A stretch of 64,000 nt of DNA from Macrostomum lignano (lineage: Eukaryota), in the NCBI GenBank assembly GCA_002269645.1, contig NIVC01001180.1, forward strand, positions 186,001 to 250,000. The letters are read 5' to 3'. The position numbers and the translations under genes are program-made. Positions 11,801-24,939 of the stretch are shown here, piece by piece. Every line of letters starts with the position of its first letter. The first letter of the stretch is position 1. The notes under the pieces were generated by a model. It made no database searches, was not told the origin of the DNA, and saw nothing but the letters and a program-made list of their open reading frames with translations.

Positions 11801-13032
11801 TCATTCACTCACTGCCATTTACTCACTGCCATTCACTCACTGTCATTCACTCATTGCCATTCACTCACTGTCATTCACTCAGTGCTATTCACTCATTGCC
11901 ATTTACTCATTACCATTCACTCATTGCCATTCACTCACTGCCATTCACTCATTGCCATTCACTCACTGTCATTCACTCACTGCCATTCACTCATTGCCAT
12001 TCACTCACTGCCATTCACTCATTGCCATTCACTCACTCACTGTCATTCACTCATTGCCATTCACTCACTCACTGCCATTCACTCATTGCCATTCACTCAC
12101 TCACTGCCATTCACTCACTGCCATTCACTCATTGCCATTCACTCATTGCCATTCACTCACTGCCATTCACTCATTGCCATTCACTCACTGCCATTCACTC
12201 ATTGCCATTCACTCATTGCCATTCACTCACTGCCATTCACTCACTGCCATTCACTCATTGCCATTAACTTACTGCCATTCACTCATTGCCATTCACTCAC
12301 TGCCATTCACTCATTGCCATTAACTCACTGCCATTCACTCATTTCCATTCACTCACTGCCACTCACTCACTGCCATTCACTCAAGTATTCACCCACTGCC
12401 TGATTCACTCATTCACTCCCTCACTATCACTCTCGCAGGTACATGACGACTCCGGCCACCCGGGCTGGCGGCCGGCCTTCTGCGCGATCTCTGACCGGGA
12501 CATCCTGCTGTACGAGGCCGCTCCGGCCAGCCGCGAGGCCTGGTCCTCGCCAATGCACCAGCACCCGCTGCTGGCCACCCGTCTGGTGCCCACCGCCCGC
12601 CAGGCCACCTACTGGCTGTTCGGCACTCGAACAGGCGGCCGGCTCGGCGTTGAAGCCCACGTGTTCCGCGTGGAGACTGAGGCGGACCTGGCCGCCTGGT
12701 CGCGCACCCTGGTTGACGCGGCGCACTCGGCGGTGGAGAGCGCCCAGGAGGTGGCCGTGGCCTGCCGCTACGCCGCGCACGACTGCCGCTTGGTGCTGCA
12801 CGCCGACTGCGGCTTCTCCATGCGAGAGGCGGCCAGCGGCCGTCAGCTGTGGTGCCTGCCGTACGAGAGCCTGCGCCGGTCGGCCGATGACGGACAGAGG
12901 CTGGCCTGGCTGGACTTTGGCGAGCAGGGCCAGTTCGAGTTGGACCTGCTCGGCTGTCCGAAGCCGTTCGTGTTTATTCTGCACACTATCCTGAGCTCTA
13001 AACTGCACAGGCACGGCCTGCTGATGGCTTGA
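5827..13032 (+). CDS. SNTB1: Syntrophin (alpha/beta class: split PH1, PDZ, PH2, SU), join(5827..6319,7029..7426,8109..8501,12439..13032), about 625 aa
   Basis: Exon 1 [21 protein letters not shown] matches PH1a (LEVLVRDRWHKVLVNLSEDAL); exon 2 [34 protein letters not shown] is the syntrophin PDZ; exon 3 ends MGWLAEQ; exon 4 has [17 protein letters not shown] and C-terminal [20 protein letters not shown] junctions have matching phases 1,0,0 and total 1878 nt. The exon 3 acceptor lies in CAG repeats, so its exact position is uncertain. The symbol denotes the closest human paralogue class. Confidence 0.9.
7462..7992. repeat. 28-31-bp minisatellite in syntrophin intron 2
   Basis: CCTCCCAGATCCTCAGTTGCTGGGCAGCCAG and the variant CTCCCAGATCCTCAGTTGCTGGGTCAGT. 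Confidence 0.95.
8716..11174. repeat. About 25-33-bp minisatellite in syntrophin intron 3
   Basis: CTGCCATTCCTATAAAACTGCCAGACTCAA grading into CTGCCATTCCTATAAAACTGCCAATCTAAAAAG plus a short CTGCCATTTAAAA variant. Confidence 0.95.
11655..12420. repeat. 14-bp minisatellite (CATTCACTCACTGC) in syntrophin intron 3
   Basis: Direct reading; runs up to the exon 4 acceptor CTCGCAG at 12432-12438. Confidence 0.95.
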
Positions 13033-13189
13033 GTCTATGCACTCTTGCACGCGTAGGTTAGTGGGGCTCAGTAGGTCTACTGACTGTTTAATGTTGAAAT
13101 TTTTAAGAAATGTATATTTAAATCCAAGCTGATCCCCTGGTTTACTTAGAAATTTGCCCTTTAGAAACGCCCCTGATCTGCTATTAGAA

Positions 13190-14480
13190 TTGCCCCTAAT
13201 CTATTGAATCTACTATGAGAATCGCCTCTAATCTACTATGAGAATCGCTCTAATCTACCATGAGAATCGCCTCTAATCTACTGAATCTACTATGAGAATC
13301 GCCCCTAATCTACCATGAGAAACGCCCCTAATCTACCATGAGAAACGCCCCTAATCCTCCATGAGAAACGCCCCTAATCTACCATGAGAAACGCCCCTAA
13401 TCTACCATGAGGAACGCCACTAATCTACCATGAGAAACGCCCCTAATCTACTTAATCTACGATGAGAATCGCCTCTAGTCCACTATGAGAATCGCTCCTA
13501 ATCAAGAAGAGAATCGCCCCTAATCTACCATGAGAAACGCCCCTAATCTACCATGAGAAACGCCCCTAATCCTCCATGAGAAACGCCCCTAATCTACCAT
13601 GAGAAACGCCCCTAATCTACCATGAGAAACGCCCCTAATCCTCCATGAGAAACGCCCCTAATCTACCATGAGAAACGCCCCTAATCTACCATGAGAAACG
13701 CCCCTAATCTACCATGAGGAACGCCACTAATCTACCATGAGAAACGCCCCTAATCTACTTAATCTACGATAAGAATCGCCTCTAGTCCACTATGAGAATC
13801 GCTCCTAATCAAGAAGAGAATCGCCTCTAATCTACTATGAGAATCGCCTCTAATCTACAATGAGTATCGTCTCTAGTCTACTATGAGAATCGCCCTTTAG
13901 AATCGCCTTTAGTCTACTTTGAGAATCACCTCTAGTCTACGATGAGAATCGCCCTTTAGAATCGCCCCTAATCTACTATGAGATCGCCCTTTAGAACCGC
14001 TCTTAATCTAGCTCGTACTATAAGAATCGCTCCTTATCTACCATGAGAATCGCCCTTTAGAATCGCCCCTAGTCTACTATGAGAATCGCCCCTAGTCTAC
14101 TATGAGAATCGCCCCTAGTCTACTATGAGAATCGCCCCTAATCTACCATGAGAATCGCCCCTAATCTACCATGAGAATCGCCCCTAATCTACCATGAGAA
14201 TCGCCCCTAATCTACCATGAGAATCGCCCCTAATCTACCATGAGAATCGCCCCTAATCTACCATGAGAATCGCCCCTAATCTACCATGAGAATCGCCCCT
14301 AATCTACCATGAGAATCGCCCCTAATCTACTTAATCTACGATGAGAATCGCCTCTAGTCCACTATGAGAATCGCCCCTAATCAAGAAGAGAATCGCCTCT
14401 AATCTACTATGAGAATCGCCTCTAATCTACAATGAGAATCGCCCCTAGTCTACTATGAGAATCGCCCCTAGTCTACTCGA
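13190..14480. repeat. 23-bp minisatellite (AATCGCCCCTAATCTACCATGAG)
   Basis: Direct reading; a higher-order block with the same sequence of variants occurs near 13390-13520 and 13690-13820. Confidence 0.95.
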
Positions 14481-15734
14481 GAGTCGCCCTTCAGAACCGC
14501 TCCTAACCCAGTTGCAGAATGGCCATGAAAGTCATTACGCGCATACAGCAAGTCTGGTTTCTCAGGCGCAAAAGTCAATCAAAAGTGTTGGATTAGTCAT
14601 GTTTCATAACTGCCATACATGTATTTATTTAAGTCTATCGCTAATGTTTTGTACATGAATTACTAAGCATATCATATCCACGGCTGCGTGTTAATTTTGC
14701 AATGTCCATGCCATTCCAGCAGCCATAATTGTCTGTTCAAACAAAGTACACACTGTCCTAACGCGCATGACTAACAATGATTCAATTTTGACCGACCTCA
14801 TTTTGTCAATACTTAGTATTTCTGTGCTGCTTACCTGTCTACACTTTATTGACTAATGTTGATACTTGACAGTACCTGACTGACTAACACTGAAGTTGCG
14901 CAGTCACTTCATTCGCTCCTTTTTTATTCTGTTATTCAGTTATTTATATCGGCGTTAGCGAAAATTTTATTCATTTGTATTAACTATAGTCATCGAATAT
15001 TTCTTGTGTGATAATTTTATCCAAATGATTTTTTATACATTGTTCATAGTAATATTATATACACTATAGACTCCCCCCAATGCGACACAGCAGCAGCTAA
15101 GATAATTGATTTCTGACCTTTTTTGTCCCGGCCTATTGCAATTTCTCATCTAATGCTCTTAGAATTTCGAAATACATGTTTATCAAAGTCAAACCCGTCT
15201 GACTGACTGACAGACTCGCAGAAAGCGGATATTTAATAATTAAAGCTGCATTCAACTGTTTGCTTTGAATTGTTTGCTTTACTCCTCAAAATTGTTTACA
15301 GGTTACAAATACAGTTCGTTTTCAGAGAAAGGGAAATGGATTAAAATAGCTTTATTGATGCAGACTGAGACTGGCAAGTTCTCCTATGCTGCATCATCTA
15401 TGCCCCATCGTGAGCTGGCATAATAGCCGCACACGGGAACTGGGAACTGAGGAAAGGGGAAGAGGGCTGAATGGAGATTTGCGCCGCCGGGCTTGGCCTG
15501 CTCATTAATTATTAATGAGGAAGAGCGAGCGGCTGCGGCCCCGCTGCCTTGGTCCAGCAGCCTTAGTCGACTTTATAGACCCCCTACGGAGCTGGTCTGG
15601 GAGAACCAAATCTGAGACCTGGAGTGGCCTCTGGCTAGCTTCCTTTTTTGCACTTGATCTCGCATTTCAGTTAGAAATGCTTTTTTGCAAGAAAACTGGC
15701 CACTGTAATTAGGCTTGTCTTAGATGAAGGATTG

Positions 15735-16712
15735 AGGGAGACTGTGGGGAGAGATTGGGGAGACTGTGGGAGAGATTGGGGAGACTGTGGGAGAGATTGG
15801 GGAGACTGTGGGGAGAGATTGGGGAGACTGTGGGAGAGATTGGGGAGACTGTGGGAGAGATTGGGGGAGACTGTGGGGAGAGATTGGGGAGACTGTGGGG
15901 AGAGATTGGGGAGACTGTGGGGAGAGATTGGGGAGAGATTGGGGAGACTGTGCAGAGATTGGGGGAGACTGTGGGGAGAGATTGGGGGAGACTGCGGAGA
16001 GATTGGGGAGACTGTGGGAGAGATTGGGGAGACTGTGGGGAGAGATTGGGGAGACTGTGGGGAGAGATTGGGGAGACTGTGGGGAGAGATTGGGGAGACT
16101 GTGGGAAAGATTGGGGAGACTGTGGGGAGAGATTGGGGAGACTGTGGGGAGAGATTGGGGAGACTGTGGGAGAGATTGGGGAGACTGTGGGAGAGATTGG
16201 GGGAGACTGTGGGAGAGATTGGGGAGACTGTGGGGAGAGATTGGGGAGACTGTGGGGAGAGATTGGGGAGACTGTGGGGAGAGATTGGGGGAGACTGTGG
16301 GGAGAGATTGGGGGAGACTGTGGGAGAGATTGGGGGAGACTGCGGAGAGATTGGGGAGACTGTGGGAGAGATTAGGGGAGACTGTGGGGAGAGATTGGGG
16401 AGACTGTGGGGAGAGATTGGGGAGACTGTGGGGAGAGATTGGGGAGACTGTGGGGAGAGATTGGGGGAGACTGTGGGGAGAGATTGGGGAGACTGTGGGA
16501 GAGATTGGGGAGACTGTGGGGAGAGATTGGGGAGACTGTGGGGAGAGATTGGGGGAGACTGGGGAGAGATTGGGGGACTGTGGGGAGAAATTGGGGAAGA
16601 CTGTGGGGAGAGATTGGGGGAGACTGTGGGGGAGAGATTGGGGAAGACTGTGGGGAGAGATTGGGGGAGACTGTGGGGGAGAGATTGAGGGAGACTGGGG
16701 GAGTCTGGGGAG
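15735..16712. repeat. G-rich 11/22-bp minisatellite (GGGGAGACTGT/GGGGAGAGATT)
   Basis: Direct reading; a related short array at 17565-17720 (GACTGGGGGAGAGATTAGAAGGA). Confidence 0.95.
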
Positions 16713-17286
16713 ATAGAAGCAGATTTTGAGAGTTGAAGCAGTTGTCAGGGCTAGAAGATGGGAGACTTCTCGGCTTTGCTAAGTCTTTAATTTTAATAGC
16801 CTCGGACAAAAAGTGAGACGTCAGTGAACAGAAACAGCCATTTCCAGATGTGCAGTTGCAGGCCTCCTTGTACGCGGTGAGCTGGGCGGTAAGAAGGGGA
16901 GAGAGAGGGTGGGAAGGCTTGAGAATCCCCTGCAGTTGGAGTGGGATTTTTCCCCATCTCCCAGCAACTCGACTAAGGGCGATGAAGAACGGCTTAAAAA
17001 GTCCTGGTTTTGTCCGGCCTGGCGTGTGCTTTTTTCGTTTTTTTCACTGAATTATTGCCCTATTTTATAGCGTCTCGGCCCTCCGCAAATCGATGATGGG
17101 TTGGGGTGAAAGCTATAGCGAGCGCAATGGCTCCGCAAAGTGCAACTTTCTAGGAGTTAATATTCTACACAGAATAAAGCTAGATGTAGAGAGGGGATCG
17201 GAGGCTGACAGCGCTTCGGCCGCCGCTCCGGAAGCTGTTTTAGTCAAATTCCGCTCGCTCGAAATGGTTGGTGGTGATCGCTGCTG

Positions 17287-17321
<35 letters not shown>

Positions 17322-18444
17322 TGGCCTGCTGCTTCCGGGTGCGAGCGGTCGTTTCAGGGCTGACTTCAACACACTACGCTTGTAATGCACAAGCGTTAGC
17401 AAACCGAGTGCTTCCGCTTCTACCTCTGGCATGCTTTGACGGTTCGCTGGGCAGTCTGAGATGTACTTTAAAGCTTATCAGCTCAGAATTCTGTATGATG
17501 AGGCTGAGATGGCGAGAGAAATCAGGGTAGACTGGGGAGATTAAGAGAGATTGAGGGCGGAGACTGACGGTAACTGGGAGAGGTTAGAAGGAGACTGGGG
17601 GAGAGATTAGAAGGAGACTGGGGGAGATATTAGAAGGAGACTGGGGGAGAGATTAGAGGGAGACTGGGGGAGATATTAGAAGGAGACTGGGGGAGAGATT
17701 AGAAGGAGACTGGGAGAGAGCCGGGAGATCCAGGCATACGAGCTATCAATCATGAATGAGTCAACTACGATGATTGACCTCGTATGATTGACCTCTGCAG
17801 ATCAGTTTTTATGCTTTCTTAGCCTTAATAAGTCCATCAATTCTATGTAGCCGCTGCACTGAGAGCTGAAGAATATTCGAGTTCTCCCAGAGCTGGCGTG
17901 CTCTTGACCCGATTTGGCTGCATCTTGCCACTTGCTGAGCATTCCGTCCCCGTTGCAGCTTCTTTTTTCGACAAACTTCAGTCTCTGCCCGCCTGTCTGC
18001 TGAGAGCAGACGAGTGTGAGACGAACAGCGCTTATCCCCAGAAGATGGGGGTGGCAGATGGGGAGCCCAGCCTCCCACCAGCTTGTCATGCCTTGCCCCA
18101 TCTCTCTTCTCCGGCACAAAATTTAATTGCGGTCTTCCCGTCGTCTTCTTCTTTTCAGAGGAAGCCAGCAGAAGAAGGCAGCTCTGTCTCGTTTGCTTTG
18201 AAATATCTTCTTCTTTTACTCGTCCAGCATATGCACTCATTTGGCCCTTGCTGGCCAGTGCGTAGAAATTATTACTTTTTCTGCGATAGCTCACTCGCCT
18301 TTATGCTGGGACAGCGCGTGTGTCTCCTTCCCTTTTTAGACTGTCCAGTCTCGCTGTAACCCCCGTACGAACTACAGTTTCCTGTTCGCTGAAGACTCCG
18401 TCTCGCATATTCTCTTTTCGCGCATGAGTCCCCTTTGTCTGCCT

Positions 18445-19135
18445 GCCTTTCTCTGAGTCTCTCTGAGTCTCTCCCTGAGTCTTTTTCTGAGTCTCTCTCT
18501 CTGAGTCTCTCACTGGATCTCTCTGAGTCGCTCTCTGAGTCTCTGAGTCGCTCTCTGAGTCGCTCTCTGAGTCGCTCTCTGAGTCGCTCTCTGAGTCTTT
18601 TTCTGAGTCTCTCTCTCTGAGTCTCTCACTGGATCTCTCTGAGTCGCTCTCTGAGTCGCTCTCTGAGTCGCTCTCTGAGTCGCTCTCTGAGTCTCTCTGA
18701 GTCGCTCTCTGAGTCGCTCTCTGAGTCGCTCTCTGAGTCTCTCTGAGTCTCTCCCTGAGTCTTTTTCTGAGTCTCTCTCTGAGTCTCTCACTGAGTCTCT
18801 CACTGAGTCTCTCACTGAGTCTCTCACTGGATCTCTCTGAGTCGCTCTCTGAGTCTCTCTGAGTCGCTCTCTGAGTCTCTTTGAGTCGCTCTCTGAGTCG
18901 CTCTCTGAGTCTCTCTGAGTCGCTCTCTGAGTCGCTCTCTGAGTCTCTCTGAGTCGCTCTCTGAGTCGCTCTCTGAGTCGCTCTCTGAGTCTCTCTGAGT
19001 CGCTCTCTGAGTCGCTCTCTGAGTCGCTCTCTGAGTCGCTCTCTGAGTCTCTCTGAGTCGCTCTCTGAGTCGCTCTCTGAGTCGCTCTCTGAGTCGTTCA
19101 AAAAAGTCACTCTGAGTCTTCCTCTCTGAGTCTCC
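18445..19135. repeat. 10/12-bp satellite (GAGTCTCTCT/GAGTCGCTCTCT)
   Basis: Direct reading. Confidence 0.95.
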
Positions 19136-20295
19136 CTCTCACCTTTTCTAAGTCCCCTTCCCTCACCCCCTCCGCAGCTGCAGCCGAGCTCCACACAAAG
19201 TCCCAATGCATTCAGCCATTCATTTCGCATTGCCCCGTCCAAACTGTTTCATTTGCGGCGCTTCCTGACTGCGCAAGCCTCGGCCTGCGCCCCTCCCCCC
19301 CCCCCCGGCCCGAGTCTCATGTCCCATTGTGGCCCGCAAATCCCATCGGAGTCGGCCAAGCGACTCGAAGAGGGCCGGCAGCTCTGGGAGGCTTCCCCTC
19401 CCTCCGTAGGAGGCCGCCCTCCCCACCAGCTCGCAGGTTTCGCGTTTCCCCTCAATTATCTGTGCCCCCCCAGCCCGGCGGGCTATTGAAGGCACCGCTA
19501 GCTGCTCCGCCCCCTGCTCTCTCTGCATCGCCGCTCATCCCTGTAATTGAATGGCTTGCGCAGATTCTGCGATGCCCCTAAATCCTTCCTCCGTCTGGTG
19601 CATTCATCTGAGGGGAGGGGATTATCTCTTTTAAGTTATGATCGCGTGAGGGCGCATGTGAGAGTCCAGTAGTATTCAGCATTTGTTGTATATAAAAATA
19701 TGCTTCATAATGTAGATTACGATACATATCGGCATTTGGAAGAACTATAGATTTAGGTCCGAGAAAGATCTTAGCTATTAATATGCTTTATAAAGTTATT
19801 TTCGATACATATCGGCATTTACACAGATATAGATAGATACTCATATAAGTGCATGAAATATTTTAAGAAGAATATCCTTGATGATAAAGTTGTTAACGAT
19901 ACATATCGGCAGTCGACTAAGTTCTAGTTCTGATTCAAGTCTGTTTTTGTCTGCTGCTGCAGTGTCAATCATTTACATTTTACACAACAAATCCCAGCTT
20001 AGGAATTCTGCGCAACTCCCATCTTAAGCGCGGCTGAAAACTGTGGCCTTAATTACCAGTAACCTGGCCGGGAATTCAAGCACGTGCCGTCAAGGGTAAA
20101 ATAGCCAGCCCAGTTTTCAGTGAAAAACCAAAATTCTCCCATTTTGGGATTTGAAACCTTCCGCTCCTCCCATTACCTTACCCTACTGTAGGGGAGGCTG
20201 AAAATCCCAGAAGCTCCACTCCCGCATTTCCTCACGGGCTGCCGACCCCCCCCCCCTGCTGCGGCAGATCCGGACCCGCGCCTGATGGGAAAAAT

Positions 20296-20426
<131 letters not shown>

Positions 20427-20789
20427 GCTGCACAGAATGGATGCCGCTCCCCCCCCTGTTGAATTCTGCAGATTGGCGGCAGTCATAATACCTGAATCCG
20501 GGCGGGTCGCTTCATCTGTGCACTGCCTCTGAGATGCAGCATAAATATCGCTTAGCCGCCCGGCCATAAAACCGCATCCAGCGACGCCAATGCTTACTGA
20601 ACCCCCGTTATAAATCTCGTAAATGTCAAACAGTCAGGCAGTGTCTTCTGCTGCTGCTGCTGTTGCGTCCGCTGTGTTCAAATTTGGAAATCTTTTTATT
20701 GTACATATGAAAATTCCTTAGAGTCATTTATTTTATTGCGCTATGGGTTTGTGAAATGCAGTTCTGTGATGCCTCCATCGATTTATAAT

Positions 20790-21060
20790 ACCCGGTCGCG
20801 GTCATATGGTTCCCGGTCACGATCATATGGTCCCCGGTCACGGTCATATGGTCCCCGGTCACGGTCATATGGTCCCCGGTCACGGTCATATGGTCCCTGG
20901 TCACGGTTATATCGTCTCCAATGACCCTACATTATCCCCAACGACCATACTTAGTCTCCATTGACCCTACATGGTCCCCAATGACCCCATATGGTCCCCA
21001 ATGACTCTGTATAGTCTCAAATCACCTTAAATGGTCCCAAGTTACCCTATGTGGTCCATA
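20790..21060. repeat. 21-bp minisatellite (GGTCACGGTCATATGGTCCCC, about 5 copies) followed by a degenerate 20-bp array
   Basis: Direct reading. Confidence 0.85.
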
Positions 21061-21509
21061 ATCTTAGTATTCACCTAGTTCTGTTGTCAAGCCCCTCTCG
21101 CAAGTCATTAATTAAAATTTTCCATTAAAATTCTGGATCAGTCACGGAAATACCGCCCCTCCCTCCAGCCCGTGTCGCAGCGTCTGCTCGACATCCGCTG
21201 TAGTCTGCTACACACTTGTTGCCCGTCATGCTCCCCCGGGGAGGGCGCAGCTTTGTAAGAAATTATGCTCAAATTGAGGAGACAGAGGCGCGGGACACGC
21301 GGAGTGGGGGGATGCGAGCAGGCCTATTTTTCTTTGCGTGCGAAAGAAACACGAAAATGCGAGGGGCATGATTTCCCACAGGGATTTTTGCCGCGGCACA
21401 ACTCCCTGCACAAGTAATCAGGCCGCGTGACCAGCTTGTTCTACTGAGCGTGAATCACTGAGTGCTTTACATTTACAGAGGGATTTACATTCACACATTA
21501 CAGAGGGAC

Positions 21510-21780
21510 TCCATAGACAGTTTCTAGATAACCCCATAGACAGTCTCTAGATAACCCCATAGACAGTCTCTAGATAACCCATAGACAGTCTCTAGATAAC
21601 CCCATAGACAGTTTCTAGATAACCCCATAGACAGTCTCTAGATAACCCCATAGACAGTCTCTAGATAACCCATAGACAGTCTCTAGATAACCCCATAGGC
21701 AGTCTCTAGATAACCCCATAGACAGTCTCTAGGTAACCCATAGACAGTCTCTAGACAACCTATAGACAGTCTATAGATAC
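21510..21780. repeat. 23/24-bp minisatellite (CCATAGACAGTCTCTAGATAACC)
   Basis: Direct reading. Confidence 0.92.
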
Positions 21781-22152
21781 TTAGTCTCTAGATCTAGCCC
21801 CTAGCTTTAAGTAGTCTTTATCTCCTTAGATATTAAATAGAGATATTAGATAGACTGAGGTGCCGGGCGTGTTTTGATGTACTGCACTGCACCTGACTCA
21901 CCTGAGTCCAATAATGAGTAACTCTAACTAGCCAGCCGGCCTAACTAACCAAACCGGCCAACTCCGGTGTACGCTGCTCTGCGTACTTTCTCTCTCTCTC
22001 CCCCTTGACATGATAATATTCAGTAGTGATCGATTCTGAGTTTTAAGCCCACTTACTTGTTTGTCTTTTAAGCCTATATATTGGTCTCGCCACCTTCCAC
22101 CTCGTATCTCACATACTTTGCAATAATTCGCTCATCTCAAATACACAACTTC

Positions 22153-22577
22153 GTATAGTATTTGTCATGCTATCTCAGCCTAGAGACATCCAAACTCAGC
22201 CAGCCCATCTCGACAGTGCGATTTTTTACGTAAGCCAGTCGAGTTTTACCATAGACATGCTTCTTAAGGCCATGCTATCTCAGCCTGGGACATGCAATCT
22301 CAGCGTTGTTGCGTACCCTTACTGACTTTTCTTGCTGCGTTCATTCATTGCTGTTTGTTGCCATTTCATGTCACGTTATAGAAATGATAGCATTGAGATC
22401 TGTTTGCAATTGAAATCTATATTGGCTGAGATTGCATGTCCCAGGCCGAGTTAGCATGGCCTTAAGAAGCATGTCTATGGTAAAAGTCGACTAGCTCGAG
22501 CCAAAAAAACGCATTGCGGAATGGGACTGGCTGAGTTTGGATGTCTCTAGGCTGAGATAGCATGACAAATACTATAC
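22153..22577. mobile_element. MITE/foldback, about 150-bp inverted arms and 120-bp spacer
   Basis: GTATAGTATTTGTCATGCTATCTCAGCCTAGAGACATCCAAACTCAGCCAG..GGGACATGCAATCTCAGC (22153-22304) is the reverse complement of 22425-22577 with few mismatches; TA dinucleotides at both ends. Confidence 0.8.
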
Positions 22578-22744
22578 TTGACACAAACCAAGCCCACGGG
22601 CGGCCTTGTCATCGTTTACTGGGCGCGACTTGACATAGACAACTAGATTCTAGTCTCTAGAAATAGTTTCTAGATACCCCGTAAGACACCCATATTTCCC
22701 TTATAGACACCTCATAGTTTATCTACGCTCGTATAGACCCATAG

Positions 22745-23360
22745 GTCTCATAAAGACACCCATAGATAAGCCATAAAGACAACCCATAGATAAACCATGA
22801 AGACACCCATAGATAAGCCATAAAGACACCCATAGATAAGCCATAAAGACAACCCATAGATAAGCCATAAAGACACCCATAGATAAGCCATAAAGACAAC
22901 CCATAGATAAACCATGAAGACACCCATAGATAAGCCATAAAGACACCCATAGATAAGCCATAAAGACAACCCATAGATAAGTCATAAAGACACCCATAGA
23001 TAAGCCATAAAGACAACCCATAGATAAACCATGAAGACACGCAATAGATAAGCCATAAAGACACCCATAGATAAGCCGTAAAGACAACCCATAGATAAAC
23101 CATGAAGACACCCATAGATAAGCCATAAAGACACCCATAGATAAGCCATAAAGACAACCCATACATAATCGATAAAGACAACTCATAGATAAGCCATAAA
23201 GACAACCCATAGATAAACCATGAAGACACGCAATAGATAAGCTATTAAGACACTCCATAGATAAGCTATTAAGACACGCCATAGATAAGCCATAAAGACA
23301 CTCCATAGATAAGCTATTAAGACACGCAATCGATAAGCCATAAAGATACGCCATAGATAC
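22745..23360. repeat. 23/24-bp minisatellite (ATAAGCCATAAAGACACCCATAG)
   Basis: Direct reading. Confidence 0.95.
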
Positions 23361-24939
23361 GAAAAAGATATTTCCGAATCTCTAGGGAATTTGGAATCGA
23401 ACAAAATTTCTGATCAGCAATATTTCATACGCTGATCTTATTTACTGCTTCTTTGAGAGTACTTTTCTATCGGCTGGGGTTCCGACGGACGATTCTCAGA
23501 ATTCATAACCCAACCCCAAAAGATAGCGATTTTTTAATGCTTAGCAACTAAAACGATGAAGAAAGTATAAACACAGAGAGGCGAGACGACCATTTCGAAC
23601 TATATTATATGGCCAGCAGCTTTGGCAGGCTTAATGGGCAGGCCCGCCGGATTAATGGCTTAGGCTGGGGGAAAACTGAAGACTTAGGGGGTGGAGCGGA
23701 GAGGGGGGAGCCTGCAGCGGGTGAAAAAATGTAAGCACAGGGAACTGAAGAAAGGAATAAAGAAAGGGGATTTCAGTTTTCGGCAACTGGGATTGGCCGA
23801 TAGGAGGGCATATCAGTGCCGGATTATAACGGCGCTAAGGGTTTTGAGCTTTTGAGCTCAAGTCTGTCTGTATGCTCTGCACACTCCTCCATCCTCCCCC
23901 AGCCTCCAGTTCGGCATTGCTTTTAACAAATTCTCAAGTCTTCCCTCTCTCCCTACCTCCCAGCCATCCTTCATCTGAGCTCCAGCTGTCCGTCCGACTC
24001 TCCAACCGAACTCAGAAAAAGCTGGGGTGAGGGGGGTGGGATGTTAGGCTGCATGCAGTCTTTCGGCTAAACTAAGCAGAGCTGTACCTTTGGCACACTT
24101 TCCTCCTCAGCTCAGTGGCAGAGACAGCCTGACTGACAGCCAGTCCCTAATGTGTGTGTCTGTCGTATTTCTTCCTGAAAAGCTGGGCCAGTCCGAGAGA
24201 ACACGAGCATTTAGCCAAGCAAAAGCCAATTTCCGTCTGCATATCCCCTGCGGGGGGGGGCGCTTCTTGCTGCTATAGCACTGGGGATAGAAAATAATCG
24301 AGTCGGACTGTCCAGCCTCCTTCATTATCATCAGTCATCATCATCATTACCGGGACGGCGATATCCTAGCTAATAAGATGAGCGGGCAAAAAGTGTGAAG
24401 TGAGAGACTGTTGTTTTTTGTCCCGGAGGCTCCTCCAGCTGAGCAGAGCCCCATGAGGCTTATCTATCGATTCATCAGAACTGCTTTATGGGGCAACAGC
24501 GCCTTTCATTATGCCGGCGAACCGCGCGGGCACAGGGGGGGGGGGGGGAGGGTCGGCCGAGGCAGGGGAGGCCGAGGGCGACATACATACACACACAAAT
24601 GCTTCAGGCCAGCTCCCTATTCTGCATCATTCCCTACGTTATTTATCCCAAGTGTGCTCAGTGCTAGGGGGGCTCATCTATCTCTCTCAGTGTCTGTCTG
24701 TGTGTGCTGAGCAAGCCCCTAACCCGATTAACGGCCAGACTGCTGCACTATTCTGAGCCGGCAGTGATGAAGCAGGGAGGGAGAGATTGCTGCGACTCAT
24801 CTGCTCCGAGTATGACTGCTACAGTCTCGGCAATATTGTAATAGCCTGATTCTCTGATCCTCTGCTCAGCACATCTTTGATCATCTGATTCTTTTACAAT
24901 CGGATCCTCTAATTATATAATCGTTTAATCATCCAAGTC

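Noticed and set aside
17093-17530. PolyQ/polyC/polyS-encoding exon around the CTG run at 17281-17318
   Set aside because: No recognisable domain, in-frame stops on both sides and no convincing phase-matched splice partners; it cannot be fully excluded.
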